A DNA stretch of 33,950 nucleotides from Pseudohongiella sp. (GCA_030652635.1 JAUSPW010000620.1:1-33950); one strand, 5' to 3'; positions 9,156-22,713 are shown, counted from the stretch's first letter. Numbers and translations: made by a program. The notes: a model not told the origin generated them from the letters alone.

Positions 9156-9938
9156 TCAGAGCATGTCGAAGTTCAAGGTGCCGGTATCAGCAAACAGGGG
9201 CAGATCTGCATGCTCTTTCGTCAACAGTTTTTCTGTCTGATATTTTTTTGCGGCAAAATCTACCAGCGTAGCGATGTGCTGCATGGACAGCAGTTGGCAA
9301 TATGCAACCGCGAGTGCGCCGGCATTTTTTAATGTGAACAAGTCATTGGCGTCGAGGGCGTTGAGTTTGGCCTCATTGATACAATACAAACCCTCTACAT
9401 TCTGAGTCTCACCGTCGTCAGAATTGATCTTGATTTCCCAAGGTTTAATCAGTTCCAACGCTTTAAAAACCTGACAAACCCGATCAGCCTGCATGCGGCC
9501 GGTATAACCTTGTTGCAGAAATTGCGTGATGTCTTTGACTGTGTCAGCGGGTGCACCCGACTCATCAAAAAATCGTTCTCCGGTACCGTCTGTACTTATC
9601 AAGTGACTGTCGGCGTTATAACAAACAACCAATTGTTGATCTGCTGTCGTGGCCAGTTCAAAGGGGTAGGCGCGATAACACGCGGGCACATGAGGTAATT
9701 TCCAACGACCGCTGTTGTCTACCAGCAGATTGATATGCTGGGTCAGACCTTGCACAGCCACCAAAACATACCCTTGATCGTTGGCAATAAATCCAACCGG
9801 CATGCACAAGATTGCACGAGGCAATTCAACCAAGGACAACGGTGCTATGGCGTCTTTACTGGCAAATTGATAACCCGATGCGCGTTTCCAGTGTTTGTCT
9901 CCGTGTGTCTGGGGACTCAGGATTTCCAGTGTAGGCAT
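9156..9938 (-). CDS. sapC: SapC-family protein
   Basis: H......GY.FA, P....E, NL.VD..G.W...VPA..R.YPF and GLY.INE.KL..L motifs; ATG 9938 with GGAG RBS; immediately downstream of the S-layer gene. Confidence 0.85.
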   Translation of the reverse strand: MPTLEILSPQTHGDKHWKRASGYQFASKDAIAPLSLVELPRAILCMPVGFIANDQGYVLVAVQGLTQHINLLVDNSGRWKLPHVPACYRAYPFELATTADQQLVVCYNADSHLISTDGTGERFFDESGAPADTVKDITQFLQQGYTGRMQADRVCQVFKALELIKPWEIKINSDDGETQNVEGLYCINEAKLNALDANDLFTLKNAGALAVAYCQLLSMQHIATLVDFAAKKYQTEKLLTKEHADLPLFADTGTLNFDML

Positions 9939-9971
9939 GAGTGTCTCCGTTTTAATAACTGGGCTTTTATT

Positions 9972-10007
9972 AAACAAAAACCCCCGGCACTTTCGAGCCA
10001 GGGGTTC
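9972..10007 (-). terminator. Rho-independent terminator of the S-layer gene
   Basis: Minus strand AACCCCTGGC-TCGAAAGT-GCCGGGGGTT followed by TTTGTTT. Confidence 0.8.
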
Positions 10008-10070
10008 TTAGTTTGGTCATTGACCCAGCGCACTGCCGGGCCAAATTACTGCGTACATCAGCGCTGCAGA

Positions 10071-14525
<4,455 letters not shown>

Positions 14526-14639
14526 TTATGTAGCTCCTTGGTTTTATAAAACTTTTTTATCCGACTGTGAAATGCCATTAAACAGCAATGGTCCGCAAAT
14601 CGGCTGTGCCTAGAATACGCCAGTCAACGTCAGGACCCC

Positions 14640-14655
14640 TGTGATTAGAATCACA
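14640..14655. promoter_or_regulatory. CRP-type box upstream of the S-layer gene
   Basis: TGTGA-TTAGAA-TCACA, perfect consensus; candidate minus-strand -10 TATTCT (14617-14612) places its centre near -42.5. Confidence 0.85.
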
Positions 14656-14813
14656 TGATTTGGCATTACCGGGTAATCCAGACTTAGCCCACTTGAGACA
14701 CTCGCAAACGAGACACAAGCAGACAGGCATCGCGATCTTAAACCTGTCGCTTGCATTTGACAATATGTTTATTAAGATTGATTTGTAACTGCTTATTTTA
14801 TTTAGCTATATGC

Positions 14814-16271
14814 TTATCGGAAATGGTGGCTGATACCGATTTCAAGACTGGAATCGCGACTGCGAAACAGCTCAAGGTTGCTGCGCTGTCGCTGGTGGTA
14901 GGCATTTAACAAAATGGCTGTACGCTCGCCGATGGATTGCCGGTACTGAACCAAGCCATAACTTCGCTTTAACCAGCGCTCGGCGTTACCCGCCAACAGC
15001 GGGCTATAGCCGTCACTGTCCTGCATCTGCGTATGGTTCAACTGCGCCATGACAGTGCCTCTACCCAGATTCAGTTGCCAGTCCAGATTAAACTGCCAGC
15101 CATGCCGGCTGGCACCAGGACGACCGTCTTTGATCGGATCATTGTTAAGCACGCTGAATTCGGGGACCAGTTGCTGACGATCGCCGCCGACAATCAGCTG
15201 GCAGTTCAGACCAACACTGAGTTTTGACTCGATGGCATTCAGGCGACTTTGGTTATGAAATAACTGATGTTGTGCGGCTGCACTTGAAAATGGTCTGCAG
15301 TTGCCGTTTGATGTCATATTAAAACTGGCAGGAAAAATATATCGGCCACCTGCTTCCGTGGCGGTATAAAGAGGACTGCCACCAAAAAACAGATGACTCA
15401 TGCCCGTGTTTAACTGCCAGCTTCGATTTTGCTCCGGCTTGATAAACGCATAACGCGTATCCAGTTGAATAAGATCGGAATCCTGATCCTGGCTGACTCG
15501 GCCCCGTATATCAAGGCTCAGATTATGCTGATGCGCGGGCGCAAGCTGCCGATACCGCGCCCCAAACCGCAGATTGGCATAAGGCCCTTCAATCGGTTGA
15601 TATTGCTCACTAAGCGGAAGAACCACCGAGTCACCTGACAGGGTCAGCGTAATCTGATCGGGAGAGGGCGCACCATTGAGGTTGCTGTCGTAACCCGCCA
15701 TCAGGTCGGCATTCATACTCAGCTGTCGCGTCATGCTTTGCCAGGTATCTTGACGTTGTTGCAGCATAGGATTCAGATACACAGGCAGATCGTTACGCGC
15801 CAGTATCTGTTTGTTCATTTCCAGCGCAGAAAACAATTGGCCCTGCCGAAAAAGGGCCTCTGCATAGTCAATCTGCGCGCCGCCATTGCTAGGCTCCAAC
15901 AATAATGAGCGCTCCAGCGCTTCCAGCGCATCTGCCAGACTGCCGATATTGAGCAGAGCAGCGCCTAACAATGCAAAATATTCGGCACTTTGCAGGCATT
16001 GAGGCATCAGGGGGGACAGTTGTTGATGCATCGATTGCCAGTCAGTGGTTGGCCCAGGATACAGTGATGACAAATCCGGACAGCTCGAATCTGCAGAAAC
16101 TGAGGGGGAGGCTTGTGGGGTTGCTGGCGTTTGTGCCCACACACTTTGGTTTGGCAGCAGGATCAGAAAACCAAGACTTACAATTACAAAGGACGTCTGC
16201 AAACTTATAGCCGAGCGTCGCACCAATATTGGCGTGCCTGACTTATTATTTTTGCGGGTGCGTTTTACCAT
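14814..16271 (-). CDS. Outer-membrane TPR + beta-barrel protein (Slam/DUF560-like)
   Basis: Signal-like N-terminus; TPR helices (LGAALL...A..ALERSLLLEP.N..A..DYAEAL); GYDSNLNGAP at the barrel start; alternating amphipathic strands; penultimate Phe. Confidence 0.7.
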   Translation of the reverse strand: MVKRTRKNNKSGTPILVRRSAISLQTSFVIVSLGFLILLPNQSVWAQTPATPQASPSVSADSSCPDLSSLYPGPTTDWQSMHQQLSPLMPQCLQSAEYFALLGAALLNIGSLADALEALERSLLLEPSNGGAQIDYAEALFRQGQLFSALEMNKQILARNDLPVYLNPMLQQRQDTWQSMTRQLSMNADLMAGYDSNLNGAPSPDQITLTLSGDSVVLPLSEQYQPIEGPYANLRFGARYRQLAPAHQHNLSLDIRGRVSQDQDSDLIQLDTRYAFIKPEQNRSWQLNTGMSHLFFGGSPLYTATEAGGRYIFPASFNMTSNGNCRPFSSAAAQHQLFHNQSRLNAIESKLSVGLNCQLIVGGDRQQLVPEFSVLNNDPIKDGRPGASRHGWQFNLDWQLNLGRGTVMAQLNHTQMQDSDGYSPLLAGNAERWLKRSYGLVQYRQSIGERTAILLNAYHQRQRSNLELFRSRDSSLEIGISHHFR

Positions 16272-16337
16272 GGCCCAATTATCTTGAATCGGCCGTCGCT
16301 AAGCAATCACGATCTTTCCGACGAATTTCTTACAAGC

Positions 16338-18332
16338 TTAACTGCGGCCGCCTGAAATTACTTTCAGGTTCAGCTGTTCCTGACGCGCACGACGCTGGGT
16401 CGCTTCGTCATTGGCAGGCGCAAACAGGGTGTGTGGGATACGCAGGCCATTGAGCAGGAAACTGCCCTGGGACTCGGGTTTGAGATCACTTAACTGACGC
16501 GCGACACACTCGCCCAGCAAAATGGGCTGTGATAACTCAGCGGTCATTTCCTGAATGCGTAAAGTGATGGTCACCGTATCACCCAGTAAGGTGTGAGTAC
16601 GACGTTGTGCCGGACCAATGGACCCCATCAGCGCCGGCCCTTGTTCGATGCCAATGCCCAGCGCCAAAGGTTCGAGACCTGCGGGCGGCTGTTGTGGCAT
16701 ATCGCGATGAATGGCATCCAGCATTTCCTGGGCCGTTTTAAGTGCCGCACGGGCGCTGAAAGCGTTCTGACCATCCCACACGGCGAGCAGGCCATCACCT
16801 TTAAATTCCTGAATACGGCCACCATGGCGCTCAACAATTTCTGTTGCGCGCACAAAAAAGAAGTGCAATAAGGCAGCCGACTCTTCCGGTGGGCGTGCTT
16901 CACCAAATGCTGAGAAGTTACGTAAATCTGCGCTTAACAGCGACACGTCGCAGTGCTTGGCATTAATGCTGGAACTGGGCAGCGCGTACGCGATTTCACG
17001 TGCTACATCACTGGGCAGATAGCTGTTCAGATTACCAAAGATTCGGCTACGCTCTGCGCGTATCCGGCTTTGTTCAAGCAACAACAACAAACTGGCTGCA
17101 ACAAGCGTATATAAGGAAGGCATTAACCAGCCAAGCCAGACTTGCTGACTGACTAACAACTGCCAGTGCAGCGCGAGCGCCAGCAGAGGCAGCACCAAGC
17201 CGGCAACAGGCAGGCCATAGGCTGAGAAGCGCTCCCGTGCACCTGCTATTCCATATAAACTCGCAGCAAACAAACCCGAGATCAGAAGCAATAAGGTTTC
17301 ACTGCCACGCGGCTCGTAAGGCATGGTGGTATCCAGCAGACTACCCAGCAAGCGTGCCTGTAGTTCAACACCAGGTGCTGAGCCGTTATAAGGTGTAGGC
17401 ACGATATCGCCGATGCCAAACGCCGTAGCAGCGACCAGAACCCAGGCGTTTTCCAGCAGGCCAGGCTCAATGCGCCCCATGATCACGTCAGCTGCAGACA
17501 CTGCCATAAAGTTCTCGGGCAGATCCTGATAAGAAACTCTGATATTGCCCTCAGCATCGAGTGGAATATCAAGGCCCGGGTACGCCTGCAGACGCAGCAC
17601 CTGATCAGGGCCAAACCAGCCACGCACTTCGCTGACGGATGCCTGCCAGCTGGTCGCCTGAGTGGCCTGCAACAATGCGCTGATCACCAGGGTTGGGTAG
17701 GCTTGACCATCTACACACACAAAGGCTGGGATCTTGCGGATGGAGCCATCGGAATCAACCAAGGGCGCAATATGTCCTTTGGCGATACCCGAAAAACCAG
17801 CGTGTGAGGCAATAAAACTTGTAGCCTGACTGCTTACATCACAACTTACGCCGCTCAGAGCATGCGTCATCAAACCCGTTTGCACTTGCTGATTAGACTG
17901 TATAACGGGCTGTTGTGAGATAACTGCTCCACGACTTGCCTGAAGCGCGGCTATAAAAGCCTCATCACCCTCGCGCTGCTCCGGGTAAACAATGTCGTGA
18001 ATCTGTAACTGCACGCCGGCAGCGTTGAGCGCAAGGGTCAAACGCGCCATATCGGTACGCGACCACGGCCAAGGGCCAATTTCTGCCAGGCTCTGCTCGT
18101 CGATAGCAACAATGGTGACACGCTCTTCAGGCTGGTCTTGCGGGGCCAACAACCAGCCTTGCGCGCCCAGCCGCTCTTCCAGTATGCGCAGACTGTTGTT
18201 AAACAGCGCAAACACCATCAGGCTTATCAACCCCGCCAGCCCCAGCATTACCAAGCGGCCACGTCCGGGCACCAGCCGCAACGCCAGCGAGAGCGGGTTA
18301 AACACCTGTAACAGTTCGCGCACCTTACTCAT
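16338..18332 (-). CDS. CHASE2-domain membrane class III nucleotide cyclase with atypical active site
   Basis: N-terminal TM; CHASE2 motifs IVAIDE.SL..IGPWPW.R, D.DG.IR and PGVE.QA; three TMs; cyclase motifs SADLRNFS, EFKGDG, GIGI..G...G.IG and GDTV. ATG 18332 lies 2 bp after the FecR gene stop. Confidence 0.9.
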   Translation of the reverse strand: MSKVRELLQVFNPLSLALRLVPGRGRLVMLGLAGLISLMVFALFNNSLRILEERLGAQGWLLAPQDQPEERVTIVAIDEQSLAEIGPWPWSRTDMARLTLALNAAGVQLQIHDIVYPEQREGDEAFIAALQASRGAVISQQPVIQSNQQVQTGLMTHALSGVSCDVSSQATSFIASHAGFSGIAKGHIAPLVDSDGSIRKIPAFVCVDGQAYPTLVISALLQATQATSWQASVSEVRGWFGPDQVLRLQAYPGLDIPLDAEGNIRVSYQDLPENFMAVSAADVIMGRIEPGLLENAWVLVAATAFGIGDIVPTPYNGSAPGVELQARLLGSLLDTTMPYEPRGSETLLLLISGLFAASLYGIAGARERFSAYGLPVAGLVLPLLALALHWQLLVSQQVWLGWLMPSLYTLVAASLLLLLEQSRIRAERSRIFGNLNSYLPSDVAREIAYALPSSSINAKHCDVSLLSADLRNFSAFGEARPPEESAALLHFFFVRATEIVERHGGRIQEFKGDGLLAVWDGQNAFSARAALKTAQEMLDAIHRDMPQQPPAGLEPLALGIGIEQGPALMGSIGPAQRRTHTLLGDTVTITLRIQEMTAELSQPILLGECVARQLSDLKPESQGSFLLNGLRIPHTLFAPANDEATQRRARQEQLNLKVISGGRS

Positions 18333-18334
18333 GA

Positions 18335-19945
18335 TCAGCGCTTGTCCCACAGTGTCAGGCCTTGAATACCACCGGCCTCAAGTTGCTTCTCAAAATAGTA
18401 GCCAGCCTCAGTTCCATCTAGGCTGACTGCACCCGCCATGCGCTCGGTATCAGAACGCGTGTAAAAATAGCCGCCATCGTAAATAAAGCCATTGGCGATA
18501 AAGTCGACATCGCCTGTCAGACTGTGGTTCATGTTCAACTCAGTGGCAAATTGGCTGGTGTTAAAATTGATATCCAGCTTTCCGCCGTTAACCGTCATCG
18601 CAACCACGCCGGAATCGGAATGGTAAAACGCCTGCGCACTATGCAGCGCGAAGCTCACCGGGCCCAGACCTGCCTGTACTCGGGTTTTACCGTCGCCATC
18701 ACGGAATAATACATACTCTTTGTTGCCAACGGTGACGTCACGGCCTTCACGCACATCAGCATAGGCCAATGTCAGTTTTTCCATCTCCCCCTGGCCTGCG
18801 CCCCAACGGCCCCACACCAGGTTGCGATCCGTCAAGGCCGGCACCGGTACCGGAACTTCTGGCGTATAGTCTGGGGGTGTAATTGGCGGCTCTGGCGTCA
18901 CGGGCGGTTGCACTACAACCGGAGGTGTGACAGGCGGCTCGGTAACAATGGGCGGGGTCACCACGGGCGGGTCGGGTGTCACAACGGGAGGCTGCGTGAC
19001 AATCGGCGGTATTACCACAGGTGGAGTTACAACGGGTGGCGTTACCACGGGCGGCGTCACCACAGGCGCTGCGCTGGCAACTTCCTGCTGAACGCGTTTT
19101 GACGTCACATTTTCAAGATAGACTTCAGTCGCTGCCGTCTTTTCATCAGCCGGTGGCACCTGCTCTTGCATGGCGAGCACAGTGGCCACTTCAGCGCGCA
19201 TCATGTCAGGATCACGCTCTAAGGTCGCCGGCAGCAACTCGGGAACGCCCGTAGCCCCTTGAATCTCCAGTATTTGAAGAGAGCTATCGGTAAGTTCAAT
19301 CGCGTTTGCAAGACAGGGCCCAAAAGTAGCCGCACTGCATTCACTGGAAAAGGGCGCCATCACAATCACGCCTTCATTAACCGAGGCGCGCACTGACTGT
19401 TGAGAGGCGCTGACCACAAAATCTGTTCCGCGCACACCGATGGCTGCAATAGGCGTATTCAAGCGGAAGCGATCCCGCGCCGAAGTTGCGCCTCGGCCAG
19501 AGATAGAGCGCGTGACACCTTCTTCTAGGTTGAGCTTGATTGAGGTGTTACTTGGCTGATCCGGACGGAAATCGTATTGCACAATTTCCAGCCGACTGTC
19601 AGGGCGAACACTGACTAAAGCCTGATCAATAAACCGAATGTGAACGTGTCCATTCGATTCAGTATGAATACGGTCGCTTGGGCGAACCATCGTGCCCGGT
19701 GCGATCAACTGACGAGCCTGCCCAACCGGTTCCAGCCAAGCCCGGCCAAGGACCAGACTGACCTCTCCAACAGGCAGGGAAGTCAAACCAGACGAGGCAA
19801 TTGTCAAATCACTGACGTTTGTGGCTACCGACTGTGCAAGCGCAGCACCACTGGCAGAAACCGACATTAACAGCGCCACACAAGACGCCAGCACATGGCG
19901 CTTGTGCCCTGCTGTCAATAAAGTGTTGTTTGTTTGTGGTTTCAT
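18335..19945 (-). CDS. FecR-domain periplasmic/surface protein with Pro-rich linker and C-terminal beta domain
   Basis: Signal peptide; FecR motifs D.I.T...G.V.I.F.D, L.L..G and TP.AAIGVRGTDF...V.EG; VVTPP repeats. ATG 19945 with GAGG RBS; the ORF-track start at 20014 falls inside the CRP box. Confidence 0.85.
   Translation of the reverse strand: MKPQTNNTLLTAGHKRHVLASCVALLMSVSASGAALAQSVATNVSDLTIASSGLTSLPVGEVSLVLGRAWLEPVGQARQLIAPGTMVRPSDRIHTESNGHVHIRFIDQALVSVRPDSRLEIVQYDFRPDQPSNTSIKLNLEEGVTRSISGRGATSARDRFRLNTPIAAIGVRGTDFVVSASQQSVRASVNEGVIVMAPFSSECSAATFGPCLANAIELTDSSLQILEIQGATGVPELLPATLERDPDMMRAEVATVLAMQEQVPPADEKTAATEVYLENVTSKRVQQEVASAAPVVTPPVVTPPVVTPPVVIPPIVTQPPVVTPDPPVVTPPIVTEPPVTPPVVVQPPVTPEPPITPPDYTPEVPVPVPALTDRNLVWGRWGAGQGEMEKLTLAYADVREGRDVTVGNKEYVLFRDGDGKTRVQAGLGPVSFALHSAQAFYHSDSGVVAMTVNGGKLDINFNTSQFATELNMNHSLTGDVDFIANGFIYDGGYFYTRSDTERMAGAVSLDGTEAGYYFEKQLEAGGIQGLTLWDKR
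18839..19066 (-). repeat. (PVVTP)n proline-rich linker, 76 codons
   Basis: PVVTPPVVTPPVVTPPVVIPP...EVPVPVP, with synonymous divergence between DNA copies. Confidence 0.9.
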
Positions 19946-20003
19946 AAGCACGAACCTCGTCTTAGCATAGGTTGTCATCCTACCCGGCATAGCCATCTGG
20001 CTA

Positions 20004-20019
20004 AGTGACCACAATCACA
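20004..20019. promoter_or_regulatory. CRP-type box between the divergent fecR-like operon and crp-like gene
   Basis: AGTGA-CCACAA-TCACA (9/10); minus-strand -10 TAGGAT (19982-19977) places its centre at -41.5. Confidence 0.8.
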
Positions 20020-20054
20020 TAATAGCCATCTTGACCCTGCAATACAGCCTGAAT

Positions 20055-20082
20055 TTGCTATTCCGGACGCGATTACTATAAT
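20055..20082 (+). promoter_or_regulatory. Candidate sigma70 promoter of the crp-like gene
   Basis: TTGCTA, 16-bp spacer, TATAAT (20077-20082). Confidence 0.5.
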
Positions 20083-20129
20083 GACCCGGCTTAGTATTTT
20101 ATGAAGCCAACCCTCGGGATATCAAATTC

Positions 20130-20831
20130 ATGCAGGTAACCCCTGAGCTTCTCAGCGCATTTCCCAGCCTGAAGCCCCTGCCAGCAGCTACTCTGGCGCG
20201 TCTTGCTCAAGAATCTTTGGTGCGCAAGTTTGCGCGCCGAGGGGTGGTATTGACTGCGGGTGTGCGCGAAGAGTTTGTTTGTTTTCTATTTGAGGGGCGA
20301 CTACAAGGTGTTGATTTCACTATCGATGGCCGCGAAGTAGGGCTGTATTTTGTAGAACCGGGCGATTTTTGTGGCGAACTTGGCATGTTTGATCACGGCC
20401 CCCAGCCGGAGTTTGTCATTGCCCTGACGGCCGTTGTGACTGTTTTTATACCCATGGAAAGCTTGCGGCAAGTTACCTTTGAGCACCCCATGCTGCTGAA
20501 ACTTTTGGGTGAAAGGCTGGCCGCACGCGTCAGACAACTGACCAGACAGCGATCTTTGCTGGGACTGCCCAATATCAGCCAGCGTGTATGCTGCCAACTG
20601 TGGATGTTGGTACCCGAAGATGCCCGCCAGAATCTTAGCGCCAGCGTGATCAACAACCCGCCCACGCACATGGAAATTGCCATTATGCTGAACCTGAGCA
20701 GGGAGACTGTCAGCCGGGTTTTCCAGATACTTCAGACCCGCCAGATTGTGCGGCGCGACGGCACCAGCCTGCTCCATGTCAGCGACACTCCCACACTAAA
20801 GCGTTTGGCCGAAGGCAGCGAGGAGCTGTGA
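20130..20831 (+). CDS. Crp/Fnr-family transcriptional regulator with atypical ligand pocket
   Basis: cNMP-binding fold (DGREV...PGDFCGELG); HTH T..EIA..L..SRETVSR matches the CRP recognition helix. Confidence 0.92.
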   Translation: MQVTPELLSAFPSLKPLPAATLARLAQESLVRKFARRGVVLTAGVREEFVCFLFEGRLQGVDFTIDGREVGLYFVEPGDFCGELGMFDHGPQPEFVIALTAVVTVFIPMESLRQVTFEHPMLLKLLGERLAARVRQLTRQRSLLGLPNISQRVCCQLWMLVPEDARQNLSASVINNPPTHMEIAIMLNLSRETVSRVFQILQTRQIVRRDGTSLLHVSDTPTLKRLAEGSEEL

Positions 20832-20842
20832 TTGAGGTCACA
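20827..20842. promoter_or_regulatory. CRP-type box upstream of the T1SS operon, overlapping the regulator's stop codon
   Basis: TGTGA-TTGAGG-TCACA, perfect consensus; TATAAT at 20894-20899 places its centre at -71.5. Confidence 0.85.
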
Positions 20843-21003
20843 CAGAATGCCGTAAGCAATTCTGCTGATTAGTATTTTTTTTGTATGCAGGTATATAATC
20901 CGGCCAGTTTAAACATAGGCCTTGAATCCGACGCCAGCGAACCCAACTATTAAAATCCGTTTTCTAGTGCCCTGACAAAAGTACTCCTGATGAAGAATAT
21001 CTG

Positions 21004-22713
21004 ATGAACAATACCAAAAAGACTGTGCGTTTTGCTGAACTGGCCGATGCGCTCAAATCAATTCGAAGTTATTTTATGTACGCGGGCCTATTCAGTGCGG
21101 CCGTCAATATTCTGATGCTGGTGCCGATCTTTTATATGTTGCACGTATATGATCGGGTGATGTCCAGTGGCAGCATTCCTACCTTGACCATGCTCACTCT
21201 GCTGATGGTTTTCCTGACATTGGCACTGGGTGGTTTTGAGTGGGTACGCTCAATGATTCTGATCAGCGCCAGCAATCGAATTGAACAAAAGCTACGCACG
21301 CGAGTTTTTGATGCGGCATTTAAAAACGCTCTGTTCACCGGCAACGCCGGCAGCAGCAATCAGGCACTTTCTGATTTGTCGAACCTGCGACAGTTTTTGA
21401 CGGGTAATGGTTTGTTCGCGTTTTTTGACGCGCCATGGTTCCCCATTTATGTCGGTATCATGTTTTTGTTTCACCCCTGGTTTGGTGTTGTAGCCATCAT
21501 CTCCGGCATAGTCATGGTGGCGTTTGCGTTTGCAACGGAGTTTGTGACAACTAAAAAACTCAAAGATGCCAACACCAAGGCTAATCGTGTAAACGCTCAG
21601 GTCGGGGGCAGCCTGCGTAACGCAGAAGTGATTGCTGCAATGGGCATGGGCGATAATATTCGCCGCCAACAAGAACAACAATCTGACGAAATTTTGGTGC
21701 TGCAAACAGAAGCAAGCCAATCGGCCGCTGGATTGACCAGCCTTTCCAAAACGTTTCGCATGGTCGTGCAATCACTGATTCTCGGCTTGGGTGCCTTGTT
21801 GGCACTACAACAACAAATTTCCCCCGGTATGATGATCGCGGGCTCCTTGCTGCTCGGTCGCGCGCTGGCGCCGATTGACATGCTGGTTGGCACATGGAAA
21901 GGCTTTTCCGTAGCCAGAGCGCAATATGATCGCCTTGGCCAGTTGCTGGACAATATTCAGGCTGAAAAAGATACGATGAGCTTGCCTGCCCCCAAAGGCA
22001 ATTTGAGTCTTTCTCAGGTCGCCATCGTGCCGCCAGGCTCGCGCGCCCCTGTTGTTCAAGGCGTGAGTTTTGAACTCAGCGCCGGTGAAGCGCTGGGTAT
22101 TGTTGGCCCAAGCGCATCGGGTAAATCTTCGCTGGCGCGTGCCATTCTGGGCATCTGGCCCGCAGCAAATGGCAAGGTACGCTTGGATGGTGCGGACATA
22201 AGCAGCTGGAAGCGCACCGAACTTGGACCTTACGTAGGGTACTTGCCGCAAGATATCGAATTGTTCGACGGCACGATCTCTGCAAACATCTGCCGGTTTG
22301 GGGATGTCGACTCGCAGAAGATAGTGGAAGCTGCACAACTGGCAGGCGTTCATGAACTGATTCTACGCTTGCCTCAAGGTTACGACACCGTCATAGGTGG
22401 CACATCCGGCGCGTTGTCTGGCGGACAACGCCAACGCATCGGTCTTGCACGCGCCGTCTATGGCATGCCCAAACTGATGGTACTGGATGAACCAAACTCC
22501 AATCTGGATGATCAGGGCGAACGCGAACTTGTACAGGCCCTGTTACGCATTAAGGCTCAGGGTTGCACGGTTATTGTGATCTCACATCGTACGATGGTGT
22601 TGCATAGTATGGATAAGTTATTGGTGATGAAAGACGGTGCACCGGTCAGCTTTGGGCCTCGCGACCAGGTGCTCGCCAACCTGCTTGGACAGGGCGAAGC
22701 TCGTCGCGCGTAG
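21004..22713 (+). CDS. Type I secretion ABC transporter (PrtD/RsaD family)
   Basis: YML.VYDRV, FFDAPW, Walker A GPSASGKS, GYLPQD.ELF, LSGGQRQRIGLARA and LDEPNSNLD. Confidence 0.95.
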   Translation: MNNTKKTVRFAELADALKSIRSYFMYAGLFSAAVNILMLVPIFYMLHVYDRVMSSGSIPTLTMLTLLMVFLTLALGGFEWVRSMILISASNRIEQKLRTRVFDAAFKNALFTGNAGSSNQALSDLSNLRQFLTGNGLFAFFDAPWFPIYVGIMFLFHPWFGVVAIISGIVMVAFAFATEFVTTKKLKDANTKANRVNAQVGGSLRNAEVIAAMGMGDNIRRQQEQQSDEILVLQTEASQSAAGLTSLSKTFRMVVQSLILGLGALLALQQQISPGMMIAGSLLLGRALAPIDMLVGTWKGFSVARAQYDRLGQLLDNIQAEKDTMSLPAPKGNLSLSQVAIVPPGSRAPVVQGVSFELSAGEALGIVGPSASGKSSLARAILGIWPAANGKVRLDGADISSWKRTELGPYVGYLPQDIELFDGTISANICRFGDVDSQKIVEAAQLAGVHELILRLPQGYDTVIGGTSGALSGGQRQRIGLARAVYGMPKLMVLDEPNSNLDDQGERELVQALLRIKAQGCTVIVISHRTMVLHSMDKLLVMKDGAPVSFGPRDQVLANLLGQGEARRA

